Shown: piece by piece, positions 27,836 to 42,274 of the stretch
Layout: every line of letters begins with the position of its first letter
Numbering within the stretch: the first letter of the stretch is position 1
Assembly (NCBI GenBank): GCA_951406725.2
Contig: OX597828.1
Span: 7,874,001-7,938,000 of the forward strand
Origin: Octopus vulgaris
Lineage: Eukaryota
Direction: 5' to 3'
DNA length: 64,000 bases
The notes under the pieces: model-generated
Seen by the model: the letters and a program-made list of their open reading frames with translations, nothing else
What the model was told of the DNA's origin: nothing
Database searches by the model: none
Position numbers and translations under genes: made by a program

Positions 27836-28398
27836 CAAGCTCCTAATTCAAATTCATAATAAGGGAATTGGATGGCGACAGAGAGTCATGGAAATCCACA
27901 AAAGCAATGAAAGAAGCAAAGGAAAAAAAAATAATGTAACGAGAGTGCAGTTACACTTAAAACACCGTTACTTCGGATTCACCGTCAGTTGAGCTAAGAA
28001 CACATTTGTAAGCAAATAACTGTGAAACTAAAACACAAAAATAAACATAATAAAAGCATTTTCCAACATTTTAGAATTGTTGTTAAACTATCGAATTTGC
28101 CTTCAACATTGTAATTGCTAATTCATTGGTTTTTATCGGGGTTTTAATAATATTGGACGCACCAGATAAAAGAAAAAAATATTGAGGAATTCTTTATAAC
28201 GGTCTAATGAATAGATGTTATGAAACATTTTCAAATAGAGACGCACGTATACACAAACACGTGCTTATATATGCTGGCACACATATACAAGCTCGCACAC
28301 ACATATACAGATACACCGTAAGCATACACATACACACACAATAAAAGTATACAAATCCGTAGTCATTTTTGCTGAAGAGTGTTTCAGTTGTTCCGTCG

Positions 28399-28625
28399 AC
28401 TTAACTATATACTCGTTAAATTATTTAAATCATAGTGTACGAAAGATAGAAGCTCTTATACAGATTACAGAACATTTTCTCGGAAGAGCTGAAACAGAAT
28501 GACCAGGTTTGATATACAACAAATTCAGTATATTCTGTTTCGTAATATATTTCACGAGTGCCTATACTGGACCTCAAAGTCACTTACACTATGATCTAAA
28601 TAATTTAACGAGTATATAGTTAAGT
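28399..28625. mobile_element. MITE-like element with 41-bp inverted repeats
   Basis: 28399-28439 matches the reverse complement of 28585-28625 at 40/41; the interior is a diverged copy of 27211-27329. Confidence 0.7.
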
Positions 28626-28739
28626 GGCTTTGTACTCTAAGTGTAATACTCAAGCGGAATCAGAGGCACGAATATGCTAGAAATAAATTATGTATACACT
28701 ATAAAATATTTGTACAGCCAGTCCAACAGATATTTATTA

Positions 28740-29050
28740 TTTCTGTGCAAGGCCTGAGGTTTGGGTTGGCGCTAGTTGGTTACATCAACCTCTGTACTCG
28801 ACTGATGCTTATTTTCTCGACTCTAAAAGGTGAACTGCAAAGTCAACCTCGGTGACAGTTGAACTGAACGTAATGCCGTAAGAATGGGATTTCTGCTGGC
28901 GTTATGTTGTGAATTCAAAACCGGGCGAGGTTGTCTTTGCGGTTCACCACTTTGGGGTCGATTAAAAAAATGTACAAGTTGGGCACTGGGATCAATGGAA
29001 TCGACTACCCCCAGCACCAAATTTAGAGCCTTTTACATATAGTAGAAAGG
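28740..29050. mobile_element. Two decayed family-A SINE fragments in opposite orientation
   Basis: Core-like sequence on minus (28740-28880) and plus (28895-29050). Confidence 0.55.
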
Positions 29051-29344
29051 ACTTTTACGGCACGCCCATTTTTATGTTACAAGGCTTCAATGCACAGGAA
29101 GCTATGAGAGAAAGTATATAATCAAGATCTCATTCAGTGAAATCGAATCAGTTATCACGTAAACTTAAACTAACAAAACATATAAAGCTACCTTTTAGAA
29201 TTGCTTAATATTTTATTATATTTTGAAAGACATATCATTATTAAGAATTTCCCAGCCTCTATCGCATCAATACACCAGGTTGATGGCTAGTGCTAAAATC
29301 GAGGATCCATAAAGCCGGAACCATTATTCATAACCTTTTTTTTT

Positions 29345-29515
29345 GTCTCCCCACTTTTTCTGACTACATTTTTTCCTCTCATCCTTTTCTATCGATGAGC
29401 ATAGGCTCGAAACGTTAAAAACTTTTTCATTCTTCCCGAGCGTCAACAGAATACATTTACTTGTTGCTTCTTCACATGCCTCTGTCTTTTGCTTTCTGTA
29501 TATTTAAACTTTTTC
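29345..29515 (+). mobile_element. Family E short element with hammerhead-like motif
   Basis: CTATCGA-T-GAGC-ATAG-GCTC-GAAACGTTA; homologous to 4210-4375. Confidence 0.65.
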
Positions 29516-29954
29516 ATGAAGGGTGGTGATATAATAAACTAGAATAGTAAGATATGTAGAGCTTCCTTTCAGGATCGCTTATATTTTATTACATTTTTAT
29601 TGACCTATATCATTACACCAGGCTGATGGCTAGTGCTAAAATCGAGGAACTTCAAGTTTATAACAATTTAAATAATTTAAGTTTCATTCTCAATTCTTCA
29701 GTTAGCATTTCTTTTTGTTTAACCTTATTCCCAATCTAATAGCGTAGATTTACCTGGAGTATCATTCCAACGGCTACCAGGGTTTTCCAGAAATATATTA
29801 TGTAATGCGCCTTACAGTAGGGCGGGATTTGAAGGAAATATGGCTTCTGTTTCTACCTGGTCGAAATACTGATTTAAATTTGATTGTTATTATGTGAAGT
29901 GGGGCTTCTTTATCAGAAGTGATCAATTTTCATCTCTTCACCAATCATTTCCGC

Positions 29955-30183
29955 GTGTATATATGCATGTATACGTATATATATAGCAACATACATACGC
30001 ACATGCACACATGTGTACATACATATATATACACACACGCGCGCAGACATATATTATATATACATATGTGCATACATACACACACATATATATACATATA
30101 CATATATATACATACATATATATATTCATATATATACATATGCATATATATATATGCATATACATATATATATACATACAAAC

Positions 30184-30229
<46 letters not shown>

Positions 30230-30282
30230 AGATAAATGGATAGATATATGCTTACATGAACATGCATAAGTACGTGTGTGTT

Positions 30283-30332
<50 letters not shown>

Positions 30333-31125
30333 TACATATATACATATATACATATATATATAAATACATATATATGAGTGAATGTGTGTATATATATATA
30401 TACATACATATATATATACATACATATATACATATATACATGTACGTGAGAATATACGTATGTAGAAGCATATATTTAAGTGAACATATATATATACACA
30501 CACATATATATATATATATACGTATATATATGAGGGTATGCATGTATGTATAAATGTGTGTATATACGTATGTACACGCACACACACACACACACTGACA
30601 CACACACAGACACACACACTGACACACACACAGACATACACACACACACACATATATATATATGCTTGTATGTATAAACATGCACACACATATTTGTATA
30701 CTTACACCCTGGTATACAATAGTGTGTGAGCGCACGTAAGTGCAGAAAAATACACAGAGTAAGAAATAAATAAAAAAAAAGAGAAAAGTGAGCAGAGGAA
30801 GGTACATGAATGTATTAGAAAGAGTTTCTATTCGCATACATACCTGTATGGTTATTAAGTCGATAGAAAGTCTGTTGGTGTATATAGGTGCTAAAACTAA
30901 CTCACCCAGCCATATCTCGGATGAAAGGCAAACACTTTCACATCAAATAAGTTAGCAACTCGCTTTAATTGCGGTGAAGGAACATCTGCTGAGAACGTTT
31001 ATTTGTTAGGTAGCCTAGAAATGTTACACTTCAATTAATGCTCCTCACAAGCAGAAGATTAGCGTTAACAGACCCATTATATGAGTGTATGTGTGTGTGT
31101 GCATGATTGTTTGTATGTACGTACG

Positions 31126-31191
<66 letters not shown>

Positions 31192-31270
31192 CGCTTGTAT
31201 GTATGTGTGTATATATATAATATATATACATACATACATACACACACACGCACATATATATATATATACA

Positions 31271-31363
<93 letters not shown>

Positions 31364-31649
31364 GTGTATACGTATATAATCGTACGCGCGTGCGTGTACA
31401 AAGTGACAGGGAAAAAGAGGATAAGAATTGCGTGTATATTGGTTATATATATTTTGAATGAAACAATATGATACTTAAGAAAAATATAAAAATGTTAAAA
31501 TGCGAAAAACCCCACATTTTACATACATTTTACATACTAGCTGATTACATACACATATACATGCATATATGCATACATACCTACATACATATTCACATAC
31601 ATGTGTGATAATGTACGGGTATGTGTGTGTATCTATCTACACACTGCTC

Positions 31650-31728
<79 letters not shown>

Positions 31729-31900
31729 TTACATATATACTTACATACATATATGTATATGTATATTAACATGATCATACGCTTTGCGCGTGCACATACA
31801 TATACACACTGCACACACATACACACACACACGCACGTACAATCTGCGTTTGTGTGCATGCATTTATGTGTGTGCATATGTGTGTGTGATGTATGTGGTG
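29955..31900. repeat. Large compound TA/CA/GA microsatellite field with short unique spacers
   Basis: Directly visible. Confidence 0.9.
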
Positions 31901-32859
31901 CGCGTGCGTGATTCACTAAGTGTGAGCACGCTTCATTAGATGCTAAATCACGGTAACCTCCTTATAAAATTTGGGAAGTCACAATCACCGAAGCCATTCA
32001 GTACTTAGACCAGTAAGATTACTTGCAGGACAATAAAATCCTTCGCGGTGAAGTGAATTGCCTGTGATAAACTGAAGATATGGGTCATGTCATTATGATA
32101 CAAAGATGAAAACACATTTAGACACCTACACACACGTAAAAATATATATATATGCAAATACTCTTACGTACAAACGGTATGCAGACACACACATACATAT
32201 AACCATAAGTACGCACACTTTCACAGGGCATGAATGAAGCATTTATATATCAGTATTCTGGCAAGCGAAGTCCATGAAACCATTGTGCTTGAGGGATCCG
32301 TGAAATTAGAATTCATTTTTATGTTCACCGGGAGTGATAACACGTTAAGAGAAACAAATGAAAAGAAAAGAAACGAAAAGGAGGTTTTAGGTAGCGATAG
32401 CTCCTGGTTGCTTAAGTTAAAACCCCGCCCAATGGACTTAAAGGGAAAAAGCACATCCGTAGTGTTAGTTGCAGCTAAATGTATTCTCTCTGTTCCCCAC
32501 GTGTATCGAGTAATCATTTCAACAACGATCTTCCCAGTCTATATATATGTTGACTGTATCAGCAGCAAACGTATTGTCAAAACTAACATTCAAAGATTGC
32601 ATTACGTGTCTCAGTGCAGGGAAGGAGAGCTGCTGTAATATGAACGCTTCGGAAAAATGCTATTTATCAGCGCAGCGCTAATTCGAAAGCAAGTGATTCA
32701 GTTGATCGCTCAGCTGAAATATTTTCGCCAAAAGATGGAGAGACACTCATTAGATATCATACTTCATGATAGATATTATGTAAATGCACGGTTTTCAATG
32801 TGTATTACCAAAAGAAGTAGTTTTACTTTCTTTGCAGGATTTGATCCTTTAATTATGTA

Positions 32860-33000
32860 GAGATGCGTGATTTAGTGGTTAGAGTGTTGCACTCGTGATT
32901 GCAAGATTGTGATTTTGATTCCTGGACCGGGTGACGCGTTGTATTCTTGAGCAAAACACCTCATTTCATGTTGCCCCAGTCCAGTCATCTGGCAGAAAGG
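32860..33000 (+). mobile_element. SINE family C, 5' fragment, diverged
   Basis: Head and TTCTTGAGCAAAACAC motif as in 3605-3925. Confidence 0.65.
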
Positions 33001-33275
33001 ATTTAATTGTAAGTTTACTACACCAGGCCACTTTTTATATACATACAAATGACAGTGTTAATGCGGTAGAATTACTACAGCACCTGACAATGTGCTTTTT
33101 ATTTTTTGTATGTATTTGTGTCTTATTCTTTTAAATGACGTATTTTCTTTGTGTGAAGGTTTATAACTCCACCATTATCTCTGCTAACTTCATCACAGCT
33201 AATTGTGTACAGAAGACATGCTGGAAGTACTGAACCTGTACTTATATTTTGACGTTTGAAAATGAAGTGAAATTA

Positions 33276-34156
33276 CGAGGAGGTACCCAAAAGAAACCTT
33301 CTCTGTGAGACAAGCCCGTTATAGTTCGGACTTTCGCTGCTAGAGGCCATTTGATGTAGTCCTCAAGCATTAATCTGCCGACCGGCGTCTTCGGGTGGAT
33401 TGATATTGCCACGTGGTGCGTCTTTGTTTTGCAGTGCTTCTCCCCTGTTCATCGATTTTTGTGATGGCTGAAACGAAGGCGTGAAATTATGTTTCCTGCT
33501 GGAAAAAACAGCAGCTGAAACAGTTGTCCCGCTTCAAACATCGTACAAGGATGCTTCCATTTTCAAAACACAAGTTTACGAGTGATTTTCACGCTTTAGG
33601 TGTGGTTGCTTGAAGATCAACCTCGTTCAGGACGGCCGTCAACCTCCCGAACGAATGAAAACATTATGAAAATTCATGAACTGATCTCGGATTACCGTCA
33701 CTGAACAACAGACAAACTTGTTGATATGAATGGTGTGTCCTGGAATTCCTGCCAACGAATTTTGAGCGGCGATTTGTGAATGAAAAGTGTTGCGGCAAAA
33801 TTTGTGCCGCTTTTGCTCATGGAAGATCAAAAGCACTTACGACTGAATGCGTGTCGTGAACTGAAAGAGGTTAGAAGTTGATGCTAACCTTTCTTCGAAG
33901 GTCATCACTGGTGATGAAAGCTGGTGCCACGGAATTTGCAAACGTGGAAAAGGTAAAGAAAAAAAGACTGAGGCTTTAAAAGGCATTACTTCGTGAGAGT
34001 TCCAACTGCTTCGAATAGTCGGAAACGTGTGTGGACCAATGCATTGCATCAAATGGGGAATAATTTGAAGGCGATAAAAGTGTAAACATGTAAAAGTAAA
34101 TGAATAAAATATTATTGCAAACTTCCGGTTTCTTTTCGGTACCCACCCCCCGCCCG
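33276..34156 (+). mobile_element. Internally deleted mariner transposon with transposase pseudogene
   Basis: TIR-like ends CGAGGAGGTACCCAAAAGAAACC / GGTTTCTTTTCGGTACCC; VKLCFLLEKTAAET..QVYE*FSRF, LEDQPRSGRPST, AKFVP and KVITGDESWCH motifs. Confidence 0.9.
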
Positions 34157-35136
34157 TATGCATGGAAAGTTCAAGATACACAATGTGGAAGAATGTTATT
34201 TGGTTAATTACAGTTGGAACTCCTTTCATTGAAAGTCTTTTTGATCCTAATTAAACGACTAAACAGCAATAACAAAACGTTAGTATTTACCTATTTCGAA
34301 GGAAATACGAATGAAATTAGCACAACTCTGGGCTCTGGCCTATACCCCGGAGATTAATCATCGTCATTGACCCCGCCAATAACAATAACCACGCTAAGGA
34401 TGACAGAAGACTACTATGATAATCACAAACAATGCCATTGGCCTTTTGTTCCAGGTCGTATGCGGATGTCGCTAGAGTTTTAAAAATGAACCACTTATAA
34501 GAATGGTAAAGAAACTACGGCATTAACGAAATTTTATAACTGAACAGTTAAGTTACAAATTGGATGACCATTTCATACTTTTCACCCTGAGATCAACCCT
34601 GAATGATACGCCCAATGTTTAGGGATATTTTGTTCAGACCATCGATTCATTTCGCCTGGGTAACATTACTCTGTACCCCTTTCTGTATAAGACAGTAGGG
34701 CGTGTTTGGAGGACAATTTAGCTTCTATTTTCAGTCCTTTCTATCGACCATGTATAAACAATCGCTCTGGATCATGAGACTGCGAATAATAAGAATATGA
34801 ATACAATTTTTATTACCTATCTTTAGATTATTGAGATTTAACGATAACCCGATAGCTCTCAAAGTTGTTAGTTGGTAAGTTTTTTTTCAAGCACAACTTA
34901 ATGAACTGTAGCTTAAGCATTTTAACTGATAAATGAATTAAAAGAAGACATTTTGTAGCGTTATCGCGTCAGTTCATGTTGTCTCCGCAACAACCGAGGA
35001 ATGTTTGAACGGGATTGTTCAAACAAAGGTTGGATTCATAAACATATGATTTACTTGTAATTTTCTTAGAACTTGAAATGTGTGCGTATATGCAAATGCT
35101 GATTTTTGGAGCTGCAACAAAGTGCGCGTATTTGTG

Positions 35137-35182
<46 letters not shown>

Positions 35183-35265
35183 ACGTACGTGTGTGAGTGC
35201 GCGTGGTGTGTATGCGAGTGTGTCCGTGAGTGTGCGTGGGTGCCTGTGTGTATATGACTGCATAG

Positions 35266-35313
<48 letters not shown>

Positions 35314-35763
35314 TTAAATACATGTAAAGACAGACAGGCTCACATACATACATAAATATGCGCGCGAGTATATGTAAATGCAAGAATGCACACGCACGTA
35401 CACAGACACACACACACGCACACATCGTGTTTCGCAAATAGCGGTGCACAGTACCAGAAACTTCTACTCTCGCAAGAGGAGCCTGAATCGACTTGTTTCA
35501 AATGACATCGAATCGTACAAGTTGTAATAATGAAGTTAAACCAAAGAGTGATATTTTAAAATCGTTTAATAATATGTTTCAGGTCTGCGTGTATATTGGT
35601 AAATGTATCATTTACGTAAGATCTTTCTCAGTTAAAACATTCTAAAATAATTTGAAATGCTTAACTGAAGAAGGTCTTTCATAATGGATGCATTTCTTGT
35701 CTTAATTTATACTGACCGGAAAAATATGTTTTAAATGATTTTAAACCACAAGTATTATATATA

Positions 35764-35895
35764 TTGGGTTGTCCGGAAAGTTCGTGCCGATTTTTGAAGG
35801 AAAGAAAAAGGTCAATAAATACTTGCCATTACGTTTTTAATCAACCATCTTTCCTTTAACTTGAAAATACCCTCTTTCCAGAATTGAGGTGGTTT
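35764..35895 (-). mobile_element. Terminal fragment of the same mariner family as 14216-14779
   Basis: TTGGGTTGTCCGGAAAGTTCGTGCCGATTTTT and the adjacent sequence match, with an internal deletion. Confidence 0.85.
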
Positions 35896-35934
35896 TTAAC
35901 GGTATAGCGTATGGTGATGTTGTAGTGAGAATTG

Positions 35935-36105
35935 ACAAAAAAATACGAAGACAGGTGTTGTAGACAAAAAACCGATGTATTAGAATAACGCTCGGGAAGT
36001 GAAAATGTCTTTAACGTTTAGAGCCTACGATCTTCCACAGAAAGGAACACAGAAAGAAACAGAGAGAGAAAATAATGTGTAGTGGCTAGCGATCTATCAT
36101 GGCGA
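35935..36105 (-). mobile_element. Family E short element with hammerhead-like motif
   Basis: Homologous to 4210-4375. Confidence 0.7.
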
Positions 36106-36369
36106 AACGATCTGTCATGACACACACATGTCTGTGTGCGCGCGCGCGTGCGTGTGCGTGCATGTGTGATTGTGTTTGTCTTTCTTGCTTTGTTCTAGTA
36201 TTAAAAGTAGAAAGTTGTTGTTCGTGTGTGGTTGTGTAGCCTGATTTTATTCTATTTGTATTTTTTAGTTATTTAATTTTCATTTATACATTTATATATT
36301 CATTTTGTTTATTGTATATTTTATTATAATTTTCAATGCCTTAATGTGTGTGTATATGCATCTCTTCTT

Positions 36370-36675
36370 CTGCGCCCTTTTCATGCCTAGCCAGGCTGAT
36401 GGGACCATTTTCCCGGTTTCTATGGCGTATGTGTTCCCCCCAGCTGGACGGGACACCAGTCCATCGCAGCGTTACTCAAGAAACAGGAAGAAAGAGTGAA
36501 AGAAAGTTGGGGCGAAAGAGTACAACAGGGGTCGCCACCACCCCCTGCCGGGACCTCGTGGAGCTTTTAGGTGTTTTCGCTCAATAAACACACACAACGC
36601 CTGGTCTGGGAATCGAAATTGCGATCCTCCGACTTAGAGTCCGCTGCTGTAACCACTGGGCCATTGCGCCTCCAC
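36370..36675 (-). mobile_element. tRNA-derived SINE, family D, full length
   Basis: Reverse-complement match to 38823-39130. Confidence 0.88.
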
Positions 36676-36994
36676 GTTTATATGTATACATATGTATTTA
36701 TGTGTGTATGTTTTAAAAAGATCATTTAACGGAATATTTAGTTAAAACACTTTTGTGTAAAATATTTGAAATGTATGCAGAAACACAGGATGGCAGTCGC
36801 AGCTTCGCTCAGAATGCTGGGAGGTCACCAGACAAAATTTTCGCCTTGATTTGGTCTCCTCAATGACAAATACCGACGATGTTCTGACCTGAGCCAAAAA
36901 TATTTGCTTCGATAAAGAAATCAATAGAGAAAACACTGATTTGCGTGAGAACTGACCAAGCTACATAAAATATACTTACTTGAAAATCAATTTA

Positions 36995-37402
36995 GGATCT
37001 TTTCGGTTTGAACGGCAATTTTTAACATAATTTCTAGGTAACTAAAAAATTTTAAACTTCGTATACTGGTAGAATGTGTTTATAAAACATATTTTTCTCT
37101 TGGCTTTATTTATAGTTTATAAGATATTTGTTGTTTTTTTCAATTTCTGCAATTTCAACCAATCAGTGACTTCTATTGAGTTAAAAAGCATTCTGTGTTG
37201 TATGAACATGTCCCTCGTTTAAGAAACAGATTGGGTTTATTTATATTTGTGAAGAGAAAAATATACCCTTCCCCCACCCCTAACCCTAACCCTAACCCTA
37301 AAAGAGATTGAAATGTAATAGATCGATTCTAAGGGCCATAATTATGGGGAACAATTTCATATGACACCTCTCGAAAAACTGCCGTTCAAACCGAAAGGAT
37401 GC
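36995..37402. mobile_element. MITE with 29-bp TIRs and internal (CCCTAA)4
   Basis: GGATCTTTTCGGTTTGAACGGCAATTTTT matches the reverse complement of 37374-37402 with 3 mismatches. Confidence 0.8.
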
Positions 37403-38558
37403 AAAATTTAGTTTAAAATACTTGTATATGTAAAATTTATAATGTGGTTACAAATATGCATACGTGAGTATTCGTGCGTGACTGTGCGTTTGTGTGTGTA
37501 ACTGTGTGTATGTGCTTATTGTATGTAAGGTGTGCATGTAACGGGTGGCATGAGAGCACAAACCAGAAAATATATCGTGCGGTGCACACACACACATACA
37601 CACACGTAATTGCGTATCAACATAATAGCACAAAAATAATCGCAGACACTGTACCTCGAAACACTGGCGTACTGAAGAAATGCATAAAAGATAGTGGGAG
37701 AGACATTGAGGCGGTGGGGAAGAGAAATATGATAACTGTCTTTAGATTTTTCGAAGTTACGACCAGACAACATTTATTCAAACACAATGGAAGTGAAAAA
37801 GAAAGATACATGTCACCAAATACTATCTTCAACTTGGTTGGTGCTGAAGGAATGTTCAGTACATTTTCTTTCACTAATTCAAATGAAACTAACCATATGT
37901 TATCTTTTTTAATACATAAATCTCTATATTTTATACATACATTTTCAGTATATATTGTATACATATTTTTCTATATATTTTCTTATCGTTAATCGTTTGA
38001 TAGCATTTTGCAACGCAAAAGTTCTGTACTTCTTCACATTAAAAAAAAAAGAAAAGAAAAAATTATTTTTTCTTATTTTTATCTCAGTAGATTTCGGCTG
38101 ATTTGCTTTAACTTCTATTGTACTACTACACACCACAAAGATCTTACGCTAGTATTTTCTATGTCTTTTTACTGCCCCCAATCCCCTTTTATTTCGCTAT
38201 TTATATTGATACACGCTCTCATGGAGAGGCGTAATGGTGATTGTCAAATACCTGGGTTGCTTTACAAGTTTCTTGCGTTATGTGTTATCATTACTGGCTT
38301 CTTTACTATACCTCTCATCTCTCTCGTTCCCCGCTCTCCATAATACATACACATCAAGATAATGAGTTATGATGAAGCCAAGTGAAATGTGAACGCCATT
38401 GTTTAAAATAGTAATCAAATCAACTTATTTGTAACACCACAAAACTCTAACATCCATGCATATGAAAAATACACAGCAAGTCAATGAGCTTACTAGTATT
38501 GGTAGAGGTGAAAGGTTATTCGTTAACCACAAACTGTGAATATAATTTAAAACACTGT

Positions 38559-38770
38559 AAGGCGGCAAACTGGTAGAATCGTTAACACGCTGGTCAAACT
38601 GCTTAGCGGCATGTCGCCCATCTTTACAGTTTGATTTCAAATTCCATCCAGGTCGACTTTGCTTCTAATCCTTCTGGTCTCGTTAAAATAAGTACCAGTT
38701 GAGTACTGGAATCGCTATAATCGACTTACTCCCTCAAAATCGTTGGTCTTGTACCAACATTTGAATCTAA
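38559..38770 (+). mobile_element. SINE family A, diverged monomer
   Basis: Head and core are recognisable. Confidence 0.75.
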
Positions 38771-38822
38771 TATTACAAAATATATAGTTTTCAAAATCTT
38801 ATTAGCCAACCATACACCAACC

Positions 38823-39130
38823 AGTGGAGGCGCAAAGGCCCAGTGGTTAGAGCAACAGACTCGCGATCGGAGGATCACGGTTTCGATTCCCAGGCCGGGC
38901 ATTGTGTGCGTTTATTGAGTGAAAACACCTAAAGTTCCACGAGTCTCCGGCAGGGGATGGTAGCGACTCCTGTTGTACTCTTTCGCCACAACTTTCTCTC
39001 AGTCTTTCTTCCTGTTTCTTGAGTAACGCTACGATGGACTAGCGTCCGGTCCAGCTAGTGGGGAAACACATACGCCACAGAAACCGGGAAACCGGGTCCA
39101 TGAGCCTGGCTAGGCTTGAAAAGGGCGCAT
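38823..39130 (+). mobile_element. SINE family D, full length
   Basis: A-box-like GGCCCAGTGG and B-box-like GTTTCGATTCCC; matches 36370-36675. Confidence 0.88.
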
Positions 39131-39950
39131 AAAAAGAAATAAGCACCAACCAGTGCAACTACCCGCATACGAACCAATTTCCTCTTGAATTCAGATTCAT
39201 GGTGGAAATTTTGTTTCAGTGTTTATTCGGTATGAACAACAACTTAAAAAAATTACTTTGTATTGGCCTCGAACTTATATAAAAATTTTATGGAACACAT
39301 CTGATTATGAGATACAAGTTTTATTTATATTAATGTAATGTAGATTTAAATATTCCATCAAAATTCCACGATAAATTGTTTCAAACAGCAGCCTAATAAT
39401 GAGAAAGTAATTTTAGTAAATTCCTTTCTTTCTTTTTCTTTTTGTTATTAATGAAATGAAACAATGGTAATAATAACGAAATAGATAAAGGCTATTTCAA
39501 AATCAATTATTTTAAATGGAGAATGCTTTCCACTGGTGAAGAGAACTGTAGCCCTATTAATCTTTGCGCAATACAGAAATACCATATACATTCTTATTGA
39601 GATTTTATTGTTCAACAACCATTCAGAAAAAAATTCTGAGATGTATTCGAAAGATATTAAACTCATACAAGACAACCAACTGCCCACATTTGTAAAAATT
39701 TCCAATGTTTCCGTAACAGCTTCTGTGTTTACGCATTATTCTTCAAATATCTCCCGTTCTTATATCATCTGATTAATAGTTTATCCTTTCACCATCATTA
39801 ACCGTTGTACATTCCTCGATACTCAATATGAATTTGTGTCTATGACACAATATTGTTTTCTTTTTATTCCAACAGAGTTATTTACCATTTTAACATATTC
39901 ACATTTCAGATTCACTTCTGTCTGACTCAGTAATTCGAAAGTATGCTATA

Positions 39951-40182
39951 TATTTCTTTACTACCCACAAGGAGCTAAACACAGAGGGGACAAACAAGGA
40001 CAGACAAACGGATTAAGTCGATTACATCGACCTCAGTGCGTAACTGGTGCTTAATTTATCGACCCCGAAAGGATAAAAGCAAAGTCGACCTCGGCGGAAT
40101 TTGAACCCAGAATGTAACGGCAGACGAAATACGGCTACGCATTTCGCCCGGCGTGCTAACGTTTCTGCCAGCTCAACGCCTT
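39951..40182 (-). mobile_element. SINE family A monomer
   Basis: Closely matches 63379-63609. Confidence 0.9.
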
Positions 40183-40235
40183 TGAATATACTTGTATAGC
40201 GATGTACACGCACGTACCTATGTGTATGAGTGTGC

Positions 40236-40296
<61 letters not shown>

Positions 40297-40741
40297 GGAG
40301 AGAGAAAAAAGAAAGAGAATGAGAGAGATGTGTGTGTATGCGTATAGTAAGAGAGACTATAGATAGAGACAGAAATGTTGGCAGGCAGAGAGGTAGTCAA
40401 GCGCACAGGAATAACTTGAAATTTCTGGAACCCACCCCATCATTATTTTTCTCTAAAGACAAAGTCCTTTAGGAAATCTAAGCTCACCAGCAAAAGTTCA
40501 ATCCACTCTTCCTCACCAGAGTCTGAAAAGGATATCATTCATCTTCGCTATAAAATATTTAGTAAAGAAATAAAAACGAAAGAAGGGGTAGTGTCTAATC
40601 AAGATACACACAGTAACGTCTGCCTTATATTTGTACATCCGATCCCAAAGTAAGCTGTTTTATATTCTTAACTGTATGGTAATATCGTCCCGAAGATCTC
40701 TAAAAATTCTGCAGCAATAAAAACACCATCATCATCATCAT

Positions 40742-40772
<31 letters not shown>

Positions 40773-41117
40773 AAAAATAGCAATATAAAAATCAAATATC
40801 GTTTGGAGGAATTAAATATCCTCGCGGCAAAATAAACAAACAAATGAATGAAATAATGAATGAGTCACTGAATGAAGGTTTTTTAATCATTTTCATTGCA
40901 GACAGACAATTGGGAAGAAAGTTAATAAGAGTAAGAAGCTTAATGTCAGATGGCAAAGAAATGGCTGAGTAAAGAAAGGCTAAGCTGATTACTGGTAGAC
41001 TTATTATCGTCTGCTGTATCGGCTGTACTCAGCACGTCTAACACACTATCTCTTCTCTAGTTTTGTTCGCAAGCACACTCACACACAGATGCATACACAT
41101 ACACACACACACAGATG

Positions 41118-41173
<56 letters not shown>

Positions 41174-41469
41174 TACACACACACACGCACACACACACAC
41201 ACGCACGCACCACTCTTAACCAATATAAACACAGACACAGACCGAGACACAAACGTGTTTTTTCTACTAACGTATATTTTTTCTACTTCCTCTTTCTTTA
41301 TCTATCTACTTTTTCTTTCTTCTTTTCCTTCCACGTTTGTATTTTTCCCTCACTCGGTTACCTTTAATTTCGTATCACGTTTACTTTCAGTCTGTCATTC
41401 AATCACTCCTCCTCCACTACCTCCGCCTTCGCCTCCACCCCCACCTCCACCTCCTCCTCTCTCTTTCTC

Positions 41470-41553
<84 letters not shown>

Positions 41554-42220
41554 CATGTGTCTGTATGTATGTAAATGTATACTATACACATACACAAACG
41601 CACAAACATACAAATATATGTACATCCATACATTTGGGTTCACACGCTCACATGCACATACACTCACGTAAACACACGTACACACGTGTTTTGTATGGTG
41701 TTTGCATGTGTTTGAGGGAGAATCTCGTATTGAATGATGTACTGGAAAAAAAAATGCGTTTGTCTAAAAATAATAGCCTATATCATCTCCATCTTCAATC
41801 ACTGTTCTTTTCCCTTTCGCTTTCTATGTTTGTGTCTATGTGTATGAGAGTCTGACTATTTGTACGTGTATGAATGTACGTGTATGAATGTACGTGTCTG
41901 TACATCCATATTTCTGAGTGTGCTTGTGCATGTTTAATTGTGTGTGTGTGTGTGTGTGTATGTGCTTGCATTTATTCCAGTGACTTCATGACTGTGTTAT
42001 ATAGCCCTGCGTTCAGTAGTATAGACATGTATGTGCTCCCGTATGTCTGTTCGCGTATTTATAGGTGTAGCCTCAAAAAAACAAAAAAACAAATGCATGT
42101 GCGGACGCGCGTGTTTACTCTACTATTTATATGAATATCTGCAAAGCTATGTGTCTGTGCAAATATGTGATGTGCAAGTTCCTGTGCAAATATATGTATA
42201 TGTGCACGATGTGCAAATCA

Positions 42221-42274
<54 letters not shown>

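Noticed and set aside
32221-32860. 134-aa ORF, overlapping antisense ORF and a CCCCGCCCAAT motif
   Set aside because: No recognisable domain or convincing splice structure; a single motif is not enough to call a promoter
37474-37992. 172-aa ORF
   Set aside because: Begins in microsatellite, ends in AT-rich low-complexity sequence and has no recognisable motif
41405-41460. Poly-proline/poly-glycine ORF segment
   Set aside because: Degenerate (CCT/CCA)n tract between microsatellites
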